The translations under genes were made by a program, and so were the position numbers. The notes below the pieces were generated by a model. That model searched no databases. It was not told the DNA's origin and saw only the letters and a list, made by a program, of their open reading frames with translations. A stretch of 64,000 nucleotides of DNA from Takakia lepidozioides (lineage: Eukaryota > Plantae > Bryophyta): contig CM060731.1 of NCBI GenBank assembly GCA_030704615.1, positions 19,034,001 to 19,098,000 of the forward strand, given 5' to 3'. Below, in pieces: positions 26,601 through 38,559 of the stretch (positions are counted from its first letter, which is position 1; every line of letters starts with the position of its first letter).

Positions 26601-28238
26601 AGAGGGCTGCCGGTACAGAGCCTAAAGACACCCTGGTTTTGAAGCCATGATGGAATTCTTCACGGCTGTGAGCACGGATTGCAAGAGCACTCGGGGGGGG
26701 GGGGGGGGGGGGGGGGTTGAGGTGGAGAGAGCTTGCGACATGATTATCCTCGACATTCTAGATGGGGAGCTGCTGGAGGGCCTGGATGGTGTGCCCACCT
26801 GGAACAGGTTTACTGAGGACTACTGGAAAGCCGGGTTTGGGCTGGCGGGGATGCTTCTGGATGACGGTGGATGTGTGGTTGTCCTTGCCACAAGAGGGAA
26901 GACCACAGAGAATGCGGTGGCAAGGTGGACACCGAAAAGTATCACCCCGGTCCTCCTCAGAAAATGGTTCTGCATCAATACACAGGGGTTGCGAACAGAG
27001 GGCCAAAGTGTAAGTTATCAATCTATTGCATTCACCTCATATTGTGGTGTATCTAAACAAGATCCCGGAGTTGATCCAGCTCTTTTGTTGGATGTGCAGA
27101 CATTGGTGTTTGAGGCATATTGCTTGTGAAGAGAGGGTCTACGTTCAAATTCCGCAACGACGGTCGTCTTGTTGATGCCGCTGTGGACCCTGTTACCTAC
27201 GATGTCCTCTACAACTATGTGCCCCACTCCAGTATGCCGAAGGACACAAAGGCAGGCAAACTGTGGCGGTACAGCCGGACCCGGAGCCCTGCTTTCATCC
27301 AAACCCTCATGGAGACATGCTCGGATGTCCAAGGGCGGATTCTGGACCTCACATGCAGCACGGGTAAGCCTCCACGTGCTCAGTTTCTCCCCTGGCCCGA
27401 TTGCAATTGCATGCCGCAAGCTATTAACCGCCCGCTTTGTTCCTCAGGTGCTTCAATGTGGGCAGGGACGTTGTCCGACAGGCATGTGTTCACCTTCGAG
27501 CCAGATACTGCCCTCCACAACTCGGAACTTGCAGCGGCTGAACGTCTGCCGAAAGAGGAAGAGGCATCCTCGGAGGATGAGGAAAAATCCGAGAAGGAGC
27601 AAGGGGAGGAACAAGTTGGGATCGAGGCCGAGGAGCCCCCGGTGTACGAGTGAGTGGTCGCATTGTAAGTTGTCTCCAAATTTTGTGAGGCACCTCCCTT
27701 TGCTCTCTTATTTCATTGAAAACCCTTTCTGCTTCTGCTGGTATTGACATTCTTGAAGTGGATTTGTTCTTACTGTAGGATGCCAAGTACGGCAGGAAGA
27801 ACATCTACACCGGAGTTCATGGGCAGGAGGAATGTGCCTTTTTTTGCCAGGGGGGATTTCATGCCTAGTCCAGAAAGGGACTACATCCTTCCTACTTATG
27901 CTGCCCGGCTTGCTTCGGTGTCCATTAGGAGGTGTCCCGAACCTAGTCGTGTACATCAGATTTTAGACGAGGCAAGCCTCAAGAAAATGAAGATGAGGGA
28001 GGAGGCAGCAGCTATTAGAGCCCGTCGGGCTCGTAGATTTGTGTTGGATTCTGCTGAGGAAAGTGGGGGAGAAGATGCAGAAGATTCCCAGGAGGTGAGG
28101 TGGACAGTCCCCCAAGGAGAGGACGGCATTTTTGAGAGGCATACTGCAACCGATGCATCACAGAGCTCGGAGGATGGGGGGGATGAGGGGGATGAGGAAG
28201 AAGGAGGGCCAAGTTCCTCGGAAGGTGTAGGAGAGTAG
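23678..28238 (+). pseudogene. Multi-exon MULE cargo gene; C-terminal part resembles a beta-class N4C/N6A DNA methyltransferase
   Basis: Spliced 26730-27540 reads CDMIILDILDG...VPTWN...LLDDGGCVVVL...RSPAFIQTLMETCSDVQGRILDLTCSTG|ASMWAGTLSDRHVFTFEPD, with motif IV before motif I. GT-AG introns at ~27010-27098 and ~27364-27448. The ParB-like part is deleted in this copy. Confidence 0.65.
25370..25950. repeat. Intronic ~145-bp tandem units containing GGAAATTCGGCGCCATTTTTCC
   Basis: About 4 copies of CTAAGTCCCTAGGGTGGCTG...GAAATTCGG inside the cargo gene; same core as the subterminal repeats. Confidence 0.85.
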
Positions 28239-29436
28239 TTCCCATTCATGCTATGACAATTAGGACACACTTGTATAGACGTGGCTTGCCACCAAATTTG
28301 CAATAAAATGTTGCATTTCATTGCTATGACGAGTCCACATGACCCTATTTCCGTGCCTCCTAACCCTATTTCCGTGGACACAATTCGGCCCGCTCATGTT
28401 TTTTTTTTTTTCGCTCATGCTCATGCCGCTCATGAAATAGCAGCCCCCCGCCAGAATCACGCAGTTTGGCACATCCATAAACTAACACTATTTTAACTAA
28501 TTCTGGACTTTTGTTTGGTCCAGAAATAATATAAGATATATGAATAAATATAATCTATAATAGAAATAAAGAGATATATCTATAATTATTTGGCTATTTG
28601 TGCACTATATAACAACGAATTATATAATCATCCACACATTCTACGCAAAAATACAAGTATGTATTGTGGTCTTAGAGGAACATCCACTGCCAAGTTGACG
28701 TTCATTAAAAGGAATGGGAAGATGCAATGAATCAAACAATGATGAGAGCTCCGATATCCAAAATGACATACACAAACAAACATGGAACAATGGCAGAACC
28801 AAATATGAAACAATCATGGCATGTGATGAAGAGGACAACATGGAAAAATGAGTCTGCCGGGACCTGATTGATGATATCAAACATTCATATTTTATTTGAG
28901 ATTGTATCATTGGTGATGGACGAACAGAAAAAATTAACGTCAACTGTACATCCGTTCATGGACTTAATGCCATACAAGCCATAGATTCTGAAGCCATAGA
29001 ACGGCTTACACTAACTCATTAATAATACTGAGCCTCCTCCCAAACGGCTCGCAGTCAAGGCATGTGTCCGAAGACGCCTCCGGTTACCACAACCACTTAC
29101 AACGGTCTCCGCACCACAGGAAACGGAGATACTTTCAGGAAGGTGAAACCGGCTGATACTGTCATCTGAAATGTTACTGCCAACTCTACTTGATGCCCTT
29201 GAAGCCTCCCGGCACGCCCGCCATTCTTCCCAATCACGCAGCTTTTCTTCCTCTTTTAGAATTCGTTCCTTGAATGTAACTGGGGACACGCGGTTGAAAT
29301 GACAAATGTTAGGCCCAAAGTGGAAGTTTTGCATAATGAGCATTTATTGAGGTTAGAGTGGAAATGCAAATGCAAAAGAATTGGAAAATCAAATTCTGAA
29401 CAAACAACAGAATAGTGGGATCCACGTGCCTACCAA

Positions 29437-29745
29437 TTAATCAGGCTCCTTTTGTTGTGGGATCCAAACACGAGGATCAAGATATCTTCCATACCAGGCC
29501 CAGCAGGCATGGTCTCGACCAATAGGCTTATGAGAACACTTTGCCCGGTTCTCGCTAATGTAATGAACAACTGTTGAAGCTCCAGCCATCTCCGATATAT
29601 ATGGCCACACTGCCTTTGTCATATCATCCCGATCACGCAAGCCGTTTGGTGATGGCTTGAATGAAAAAGAGAAGAATCCAGTATTTTGTGGGTTTCGCAG
29701 GCCCTTTGATGGCTCATCATCTACAAGAAGTATTTTCCCCTGCGT
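29437..29745 (-). pseudogene. C-terminal half of an FCP1/NIF-like (HAD) phosphatase domain
   Basis: ILLVDDEPSKGLRNPQNTGFF resembles the NIF LIDD.P....NP motif. It abuts the truncated MULE-2 transposase. Confidence 0.5.
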
Positions 29746-29749
29746 AGAA

Positions 29750-31355
29750 AACGGGGTAACGGCGTTGACCTTATTGTTTCCCGCAATACAACAGTCCATT
29801 TTTTGGGATCGGTCGAACGATGCGCCGCCCTCATCAGCATCTCCTGCCTGTCTGGTCCGATACCCCATTGCTTTCCTCCTAGAAACTGGTAGTAACCAGA
29901 TTGTTGCATGATGGCCCTCACAATATCTTCTGTTGTTGTTGTCAACATGTCAACGAGATGTGCCGCAGAGGAAGCACGCCAGGAAAAATTCACCGATTCA
30001 GCCACGTTCGTCGTTGGCATATCCGTGTCATCCTCCAAGCTCATGTCCTGTTGAAGGAAATTAGAAATGTCACTCATTGTGGAGAATGTCTAAGCACAAA
30101 ACAGAACAATTGTCAAGTACAGAAATGTGTTACCTGTCTTATGTAGTCTCCAAACTGTCGGAATCTATAGTGTCACCACGCAAGCCACGTTTGCAGTTCT
30201 GGCTGATCTTTCACATCCACTGCCCTTGCAGACACCCACCAGGTGCGTATGGTTGCAAACTCGGTCTCCGCCTCGTCGATGGAATTCGCATTTTTCCACG
30301 CAAGGCACATACTGATATGATCCTACCGGTGGCGTGACGCCACGAACCTTTTCGTGTTTTGCGTCAAACTCTGCATGAAGTGAAACCCGCAAGATCTCTC
30401 CTTACCTTCCATTGGAGTCTTTGGGTCGTCCCCATATACCCTTATCACTGCAGCCCAGTTCGCCTGAGCATTGTCAGCCATGAAGCCCCTAAAATCAGGA
30501 GGGGGCAACTTCGCTCTCGCCATTTGCTCATTAATTCCACGCCACATATGCAACTCCAAATCTGTGTCTTCTCCTTTCATTTCGCAAATAGCAATGGTCA
30601 TCAACTTTCTGCAATGTGGGTCGTATACATGTGCCCCCATTGTCATCCAATCGTGGTTGGTAATTCGCCTGATGTGGTCAAACATGACCCAGCAATTTGA
30701 GAGGTCTCCACTGGTCATCCGCTTCACCAAATCGACACCGCTCCCCGGTCCGCACGTTGACATCTTAAATATGAAGCACCTGTCCGTCTCTGAGCCGTGA
30801 CCAGGAAAGAAGCTGCCGTGGATGAAGTCATAGCCGCATGTGCGCTTCACTTCCAAGATGGAGTGCATGTCTGATCCTCTTCCGATTCGTTTCTTGCAGC
30901 CGACAATGTGGTTCCTGACATTGGGGCTACACACATGGGAGACAGCTTCCAACAGCTCTTTCATATCCCCCTCGCCCAGCTTCTCTCTTGTGCTTCCGTC
31001 CTCCGACATTATTCTGCCTGTTGCAATTCTATGTGCAGATGCGAGCTGTATCTGCTTTGGTTTTGCTACCGGCCTCAACCTCACCTCCTCCTTGATAATA
31101 TCGTGGGCTTGTTCAAAAGCGACTCTGCAATTGCCTCTGGCGACGGGGTGGTCATGCTTTCCGATGTGAATGCATGCTCTGGTGCACGCTGGGCCGACGG
31201 TCCCGACGTAGTACTGCTTGGCGTTGCACACTGCCATGCACGTAGGGGCTGCGTTGCAATGGGCACACTTGAAGTCCCCGCAAGAACTCTACCTTGAGGC
31301 CAAAATGGGGTCGACGAATTGCCAATCCAGTCTGTCTCATTCCGGGTGCCTTTGC
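29750..31355 (-). pseudogene. MULE-2 transposase, central/3' part (paralog of 17670-21242)
   Basis: Collinear peptides CIHIGKHDH, CWVMFDH, FMADNAQANW, CGFHFMQSL and TTNVAES. Confidence 0.9.
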
Positions 31356-34300
31356 TCGTGTAGTGGTAAGGTGCTGGCCAAGGGCAAGCTCAACATGGCC
31401 AAAGACGCGTAGGTCAGGGTGGTTACCAAGGCATGGCCAACCGGCTTCAGCAACTAGAGCAGAGGCTCGCTGCCATGGCCACAGCTCAGGTGGTATCGGC
31501 TCCAAGGCCGGATGGTCCACCTCCTGCTCTTGAGGGAGGAGACATGGGAGGCATGGGATTCATGTGCGAGGCAGCACTACCACTAGTGAGGGGTGCCACT
31601 ACCACTACCACTGTGGGTGGGGCACCACTACCACTACCACTAGTGCAAGTGGAGTCAGCTGCGGCAGTGACTTGAGGAGCAACACGAGTTCCTGAGCCAC
31701 GGGGTGCGGAGGTGGAGTTGGATCCACAGCGTGGGCAGGCAAGCCGTCAGGCCAGGCTTCCTCAATCATTCACATTGGCGGAGACAGTGTCGACGCCGTC
31801 CATGGCACCTAGTTCTCGCCCGACTATTACCGAGGCGGAGGTTATTATGCCATTTGGGAGAGCTACACGGGCAGCACCACTACCTGGTGATGCCAAGGCT
31901 ACGGCAGCTAGTGTGCTGCTGGGGGCGGCCACATCTGTGTGCCAGGCTCCATTGTTCTCGGCTACCATGATTGCGACGCCGGGGGTAAGACCAGCTGAGG
32001 TGTTCAGGCTGGTAGCTACACTCTGTGAGAGTGGGGAGGTTACTTCATCTTCTGCGGAGATAGTGGGAGGTGTAGTGCCGGAGGGATCCTTGGATTTGAG
32101 GGTCAAGACTGCCACGACGGCAGCTGCTAGGTTGATGGAGCTGCCAGCTAGGCCAACCATTGAGCGCGCCATGGTAACATCTGGAGTGGTCATGTTAGAC
32201 AACCAGGATGACATTTTATGTTTGAGTGGACCGGCAGGCAAGAGGTACCGGCCACTGTGAGTCTTGTTGGACTCGGGAGCTCAGCCATTGATGCTGGGCA
32301 GAGCTGCTATTGTAGGCTTGGGCCTCACGGAGGCGGATATGGAGCCGTGCCCTTTCCAGATACAGACATCTCTGGGAGGATCAAAGCAGGCTCGGGGCAT
32401 GACACGGCATGAGTTGGCTATCAGACTACAGCCGGATCATCCTACAGATAGCTCAGTGATGAGAGCCAAGGCCATTGTGACAGACGCGGTCTCGTACGAT
32501 GTCCTTGTTGGTGCGGCAGTGTTGTATCTCATGGGCTTCACCCTGGATTTTTGGGAGGAGTCAGCTTCCTATAGGCCTGGATGGCAGTCACGGGAGGGCC
32601 GGCGTATGCAACTCCCTGTGACGTTCATAGGAGGAGTTGCAGTTGCCCAGCGAGGCAAGATGCCGACACAGGCAGCATTCACAACTGCAGTGACTTGGCC
32701 TGGAGAGTTGTTGGATGGCAACACTCATTCAAAAGATGTGTCACCTCTGGGAGAGCAGGATGACATGCATGGTATGGCGGAGTTGCCTACCATGGTTGCT
32801 CACACTCCATTGTGGGGCTCGAGCAAGGATTTGCAGCGGGTTGCTGATTGTCGTGTGCAACAAGCCTGGGTAGAGGCTTTTGTACCGTCAGGAGAGGAGG
32901 ACAGTGCGGGGATTGCACTAGGACCACCTCAGTTATCACCATTGGACACCACACCGATCGTGTGGCAGTGTCCGGATGAAGGCATTTGCCTTCTGGACTT
33001 GTTTGGCGGGATCAGCACCGGATTGGCTGCTGTTCTACAGGCAAGTGTACGAGTACGGCGTTACTTGTATGTGGAGAGGGATGAGACCGCACGACGCATC
33101 TCACTCCGTCATGTTGCTCAGTTGGTGCAGCAGTACCCTGAGTTGTTGCCGGTGTCTGTAGTTTGTGGATATCAGCAGGCCTTGCCAGCAGACATTTCGT
33201 TGCTGGGGGCGCAAGATTTGGAGCGGGTTGGCTCCATTGATCTAGTAGTGGCAGGTTGGCCCTACCAAAGGCATTCATTGCGAGACTCGAGGTTGGGTCT
33301 GTTTTGGGAGATGGTGCGGGTTTTGCGCCACTTACAGCTTCATCAAGCTGTATCTCCAACATACATCTTGGAGAATGTGCCACTGATGGGCAATTCTTGG
33401 GCCAGGGTGATGGCCAGTGTGCATCAAGTCTGGTCGTGGCTTGGGTCAGCAGTGTTGCTGGATGCAGCTGCAGTGGGGTCATGGGCTCATCATCCACGGC
33501 TATGGTGGACTAACTTGATGTCACCCGCACTGCTCAAGCGTGCATTTGATGGGATGCAGCGGCCAGCACACCTCACAGTTGATAGCATCTTGGACACGGG
33601 GAGGCAGTCTCAGGGTGTGAGACACGATGACCGTCCGCCTTTGGCAGTGGTCAACAAGGTGGGTCGACCACGAGCAGCACTACCTACACTGCTCAGCTTC
33701 CCACGATCGCTTGTTTTCCGGGATAGTGGACCTGGCCTCCTGTGGGATGCTCAGTTGCAGCAGTTAGTGGAGCCTAATGCCGACGAGCGAGAGCGGGCTA
33801 TGGGTTTTTCCACTGGGACCACGGCGGTGCCTTCTCTTTCTGAGGCATCACGTCGTCAGGTGTTGGGGCAAGCAATGGATCTAAATTACTTGACCTGGAT
33901 TATCAGCTTGGCTATGGCTGAGCAAAAAAGAGTGCGGAGTGCACTTCCCTTGACGGTCTCTCTGCCTACCGAGATGGTACAGACAGTGAGTGGGGGCGAG
34001 CCGGTGAGGACCACGGGGTGTAGACATCCATGGCACACGTGGGAGGTGCTCGAGGTTCAGAAGGAGTTGGCAGCCAAGGCGGCTGTGATGGATAAGGTTG
34101 GGGATTCTTCTCGGGTTGAGGAGGTCCTCAAGGATGAGATGATGGGGCAGGATGAGGCCTTATCATTGACTGAGTAGGCAGGGAGTAATGCTCATGAGGT
34201 TGCGGCATAGCAACCACGGGACGCGTCTCCTACTTCTAAGTCTGCTGGACTTAAGGTTGCAGTTACGAAGGGCAATTGGGAGCCTGACATTGGACCCATT

Positions 34301-36094
34301 GTCACTAGAGGAGACAGACGACGTATATGGTGGTTCCTGAGGCTTATAGGAATTGCTTTGCCTCTCGTGCTACAGTGGAGGAGCATGAGAGACATGTTCA
34401 GGTTGTGCATCGACCGGGTTTGGTCAATAGGGATGCGGATGGATTGAGTCGCAATCCATGCACGAGCCAGCAGGATGACACTGGAGCTCGGTGGCATGGT
34501 GAGACGGACGAGGAGATGGTGCCAGGATGGCATGCATCTGTCTTTTTGTGTATCTTGGCATCAAGAGGTCAGGTTGGACCTACAACAGGATGATTGTAGA
34601 CGGAGTGTCTGAGGACCCTAAGGCTAGTGATGAGCCAGGTGGTGCCAGAGATATACATGAGGATTCCGTTGTGTTGGACTACCTCCGCACTGGAGACACG
34701 ACAGCTAGTGTGACTGCCAAGGAGAGGGATCGGATCCTGCAACAAGCCAAGAGGTTCAAGTGGGAGGGGATACACTTGCTTTGAGTGTGGGAGGATGGTC
34801 GGGTGAGGATTGTGCCTCACCCAACATAGCGTGCACGGTTAGTGCGGCATGCCCATGAGGAGTTGGGGCATTTTGGAGTGCGACGCACTCATAGTTTACT
34901 ACAGGGGCAGTATTGGTGGCGTGGTATGCACACAGAGGTGCAACAGTTCGTGGCTAGGTGCATGGTGTGTGACAGGGTGCATGCTTCATTCAACGTCCCT
35001 ACACCACAGTTGCATCCATTACCCATCATGGGATTGGGCTACAGGTGGAGTCTTGACTTCGCAGGGCCGTTGCCATTGACGATGCGCCACCACAGATATG
35101 TGTTGGTGATGGTGGAGCACTTCTCCAAGTGGATTGAGTTGGTTCCATTGCCTGACAAGGCTAGTGAGGGGGCTGCGTATGCATTCTTGGATCATGTGCT
35201 TAGCCAATTTGGTGCTCCAGCTGAGGTACTCACGGACCAAGGGAGAGAGTTCTTGGGGGAGTTTCAGGCTTTGTGTGATAAAGCCTTGATAGACCACCGT
35301 ACCACTTCTCGGGATCATCCTGAGGCCGATGGCTTGGCAGAGAGAGTGGTGCAGACGGTGAAGAGGGGTTTGCGCAAGTATGGCTTGCAAAAGGGACACC
35401 TAGGAGATTGGGATCTTCAGGTACCTTGGTTAGCCATGGGCTACAGGTTCAGCAAGCAAGCATCACTTGCCTCCTTCTCACCATATTTCCTTCTCTTTGG
35501 CCGAGAGCCGGATTTACCTACATCTATTCGCAGGGAGGCTGCAGTAGTCCTCAACCTTGATGATCCGGATGTGTGGACACAAGCATGTGCCTAGCGGACA
35601 GAGTTGTTCAAGAGAGTCATGCCTATGGCTTTTGAGAATCTTGCTATTGCCCAACACCGAGACACATTGAGGTATGCCACTATACATGGAGGGGGATATC
35701 GGCCAGGTGTTCGGCGTTTCCACCCTGGGGACTATGTGTATCTGCAACAGTCAGCGCCTACGACCTTGGATGTCATAGCAGGACGTGTGATTTTGAGAAT
35801 CAGGGAGGTGTTGCCTTCAGGGGTGTTGATTCTGGAGTGTCGAGATGGCATGGCATGGAAGGACCATGTGCGTAATTGTGCGCATGTTACCTTCCACATG
35901 TGGATGGGAGGATAGATCCCAACCTTGCAGTGGTACCTGCAGGATTGCGTTGCATGCTATGTGGGCATGCTCGTGGTGCTGCCACTATGCTGGTGTGTGA
36001 TCGATGCTCAAGAGGTTGGCACATGGGATGCTTAACACCACCTCTTGAGAGGGTTCCTAATGGAGATTGGTTATGTCCACACTGCTTGGGATAG
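31356..36094 (+). mobile_element. Ty3/Gypsy pol region: protease, C5 cytosine methyltransferase, [RT/RNase H mostly deleted], integrase, PHD finger
   Basis: LLDSGA protease; DNMT motifs; RNase H tail VHRPGLVNRDADGLSR; integrase H-x4-H...C-x2-C, SLDFAGP, LTDQG and AER; PHD CMLC...CDRCSRGWHMGC...WLCPHC. No YxDD. Confidence 0.9.
32980..33900 (+). pseudogene. Retrotransposon-borne C5 DNA cytosine methyltransferase domain (DNMT3-like motif order)
   Basis: Motif I LDLFGGISTG; II YVE; IV AGWPYQ (catalytic Cys to Tyr); VI ILENV; VIII HPRLWW.N; IX ERERAMGF; X LGQAM. In frame with the protease in ORF 32264..34177. Confidence 0.88.
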
Positions 36095-36354
36095 TGGCAG
36101 TGGATATGACTAATGGCAGCTTACAAGACATGGGAGGCCAAGCTCATAGGAGTCAATACCCAAGATCTCAGGCTCAAGTTCACAGGTTGCAAGACGACGA
36201 CTAACGATGGGGCAACTCTTGTACCCGACCTCTTGATCTATCGAGTTTGAGTGTAGTAGGGACAGTGGTGGAGGACTTGGTGAGGCTATGGCCACTATCA
36301 CATCTTGTGGCTACCTGGACTTAGAGGGACCTAAGCGCCAGCTAGGGGGGCGAT

Positions 36355-37039
36355 TGTGATGGACTAGTGGCAGCCTAGTGATGGACTAGTGGCTGCACTA
36401 GTGGTGGCTAGTGGCAGCCTAGTGATGGACTAGTGGCTGCACTAGTGGTGGCTAGTGGCAGACTAGTGGTGGACTAGTGGCTGCACTAGTGGTGGCTAGT
36501 GGCAGACTAGTGGTGGACTAGTGGCTGCACTAGTGGTGGCTAGTGGCAGCCTAGTGATGGACTAGTGGCTGCATTAGTGGCAGACTAGTGGTTGGACTAG
36601 TGGCTGCACTAGTGGTGGCTAGTGGCAGCCTAGTGATGGACTAGTGATAAACTAGTGTTTGGTGTGCACATGTGTTGTGTGATTTTGGACAGCGATGTAG
36701 TTGTGTAGCGATATGTATGCGCACGACAGCTGTCAAGTTATTTTACCACTAGTGTGAAGTTAGCTAGGAAATAGCTAGCTTTTATATATTGACATTTGGG
36801 ATTGACCCAAGTGTCAATCCAGGGGCCAATACATGTTTGGGCACCTGACGTTATTATCTTCACGGCAGATCGCGGTGGGCTCATCTTTCTCGAGTTGAGC
36901 CTCACCGCGTCTAGCTATGGCGCCGTAGTGTGGATTCCCCATGGCTACCCCTTGGCTCGACTTAATATATGAGTGATGTTTTCATGTGCAAGTATGTGAG
37001 TTTGAGAGAGCTTGTGTGCTATCATTCCTTTCCTTATCA
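36355..37039 (+). repeat. LTR of the DNMT-Gypsy (TG...CA); segments B 36355-36728 and A 36731-37039
   Basis: Follows the purine tract AGCTAGGGGGG, starts TGTGAT and ends CTTATCA. Contains a GACTAGTGG minisatellite. The A part matches the reverse complement of 46410-46725. Confidence 0.8.
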
Positions 37040-37040
37040 T

Positions 37041-37176
37041 TGTGATGGACTAGTGGCTGCACTAGTGGTGGCTAGTGACAGCCTAGTGATGGACTAGTGA
37101 TAAACTAATGTTTGGTGTGCATATGTGTGATTTTGGACAGCGATGTAGTTGTGTAGCGATATGTATGCACACGACA
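37041..37176 (+). repeat. Second copy of LTR segment B, directly after the full LTR
   Basis: TGTGATGGACTAGTGG...CACGACA, with fewer minisatellite units. Confidence 0.85.
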
Positions 37177-38150
37177 AAACGTAGAATACTGCCAACCCCC
37201 GTCTGTACCCCTCTCTAAAGTTGTGCTTCAGTCGGTCGATGTCCCCTGGTAGTGCTTGCCTTACAACTGGAAGGCTAACTATGCAACACAAATGAACTTT
37301 GAGGTTCTCCGGATACACCACGGAGCCCAAAACGCGGCCTATGTTGCTATGAGTCTCTGCCAGCAACCTGTTTGCTATTATGTTCATGTCTCGTGCGCTC
37401 ATGAGCATACCCGCCACCAGTTTCTGACTTCTATCACCTCTCTCACTTCTCTCACCTCTCTCACCAGCCTGTCTGCTCTCCTGGAGGTTTTGCTCCTCCG
37501 CAAGCCCCACCAGGTTCTGATCTCCTGAGAAGTCGTCAAGTCGCACCACGTTGTCGTCCTCAGCTTCTGTCAGCTCAATGGGCCGCCCTTCTGCAGATCC
37601 GAGTCCGACATCTCCAGCGGCCTCCACCGCATCCGTGTTTTGTGAAACTGCCTGCAAACCCAATATCTCGGCTTCCAATCTCCCAAGTGGTTTTACAGGC
37701 AAAGCCATGGGCTCATTTTGCTTCCTTGGCTTCCGGACTCTAGGTAGGCTTTTCTGAGGCAATTTCTGAGGTGTTCTGTGAGGAGTCGCCTGCCTCGATG
37801 CACTTCCAGCTTGCGAGCGCAGCACCTGGGCAAGAGTATCCAAAGTTGACTGTGTTGGGTCGCCCCCCTGCGATCCCTCCCCAGCTCCCACGTCAAACAA
37901 ACAGGAAAAACATGGCACACTGCACGCAAAAAAAAAGGTGTAAAAGGAATAGTGCGTATGGAGGGCTTCACATCCGCGAAGCACGAATCTCTCACTGGTG
38001 GGTGATCCGAGTCTCCGGATAACGAGGTCTGCATTTTCTGCATGAGACGGAGCTTCAGTCGTGTCGTCGGCGGCTTCCCAAAATCCCGCGTCCTCCTTCT
38101 CTGCGCCGGAGTCGCCTGACCTTCCACAAACTCTATGTTATCACTATGCT
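37177..38150 (-). pseudogene. MULE-2 cargo gene, 5' part with the start of a ParB/Srx-like domain
   Basis: VHLCCIVSLPVVRQALPGDIDRLKHNFREGYRRGLAVFYV, cut by the Gypsy insertion; continues at 46726. Confidence 0.55.
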
Positions 38151-38559
38151 GCATAAGGAGACGAAACGCAGGAGAATGTCACCGCAGAAGGGCAAGGAGC
38201 GAGAGAGCGAAGCGGTGAAACATGCAACCACTGTGTACAAGCAGATGCGCAAGCAGCCACGTCTCCCCAAGCGTTGCCACCGTCCACCACTTTCCGCCGT
38301 ATGGGTGATGAAGAGATTGCGACCCCTGACACGTTCGGATGGATGAAGTCGCCTGGAACGCGACGCGTGCCTGTTCAAGCCACCAGTAGAAGACGCTTTA
38401 TCCGAATTGCGGCGCCGAAATACCGTTCCGTTCACCGGATGCTGTTCCCGGAGCAGCCGGCATTGAATGCACTATCCGCACATCATGAAACCCAACCGCC
38501 ATGAAATGAAACCGCCAACCGACATTCAACAGTCAAGTCGGCACTTTTCATCAGCGGAC

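Larger units (their letters stand above)
16885..28448. mobile_element. 11.6-kb MULE-like DNA transposon (MULE-1) with short TIRs and a 9-bp TSD
   Basis: Left end GAGGTTAGCTATTTCATGAGC; right end reverse-complement GGGGGCTGCTATTTCATGAGC. TSD CGCCATAAT (16876-16884) / CGCCAGAAT (28449-28457). Removing the element rejoins the LINE RHN motif. Confidence 0.88.

Noticed and set aside
26647-27653. Bacterial or phage contamination as the source of the MTase
   Set aside because: The gene has GT-AG introns and lies within a TSD-bounded eukaryotic transposon.
32264-34177. Host DRM/DNMT3 gene
   Set aside because: Intronless, fused to a retroviral-type protease, flanked by integrase and LTR, and the catalytic Cys is lost.
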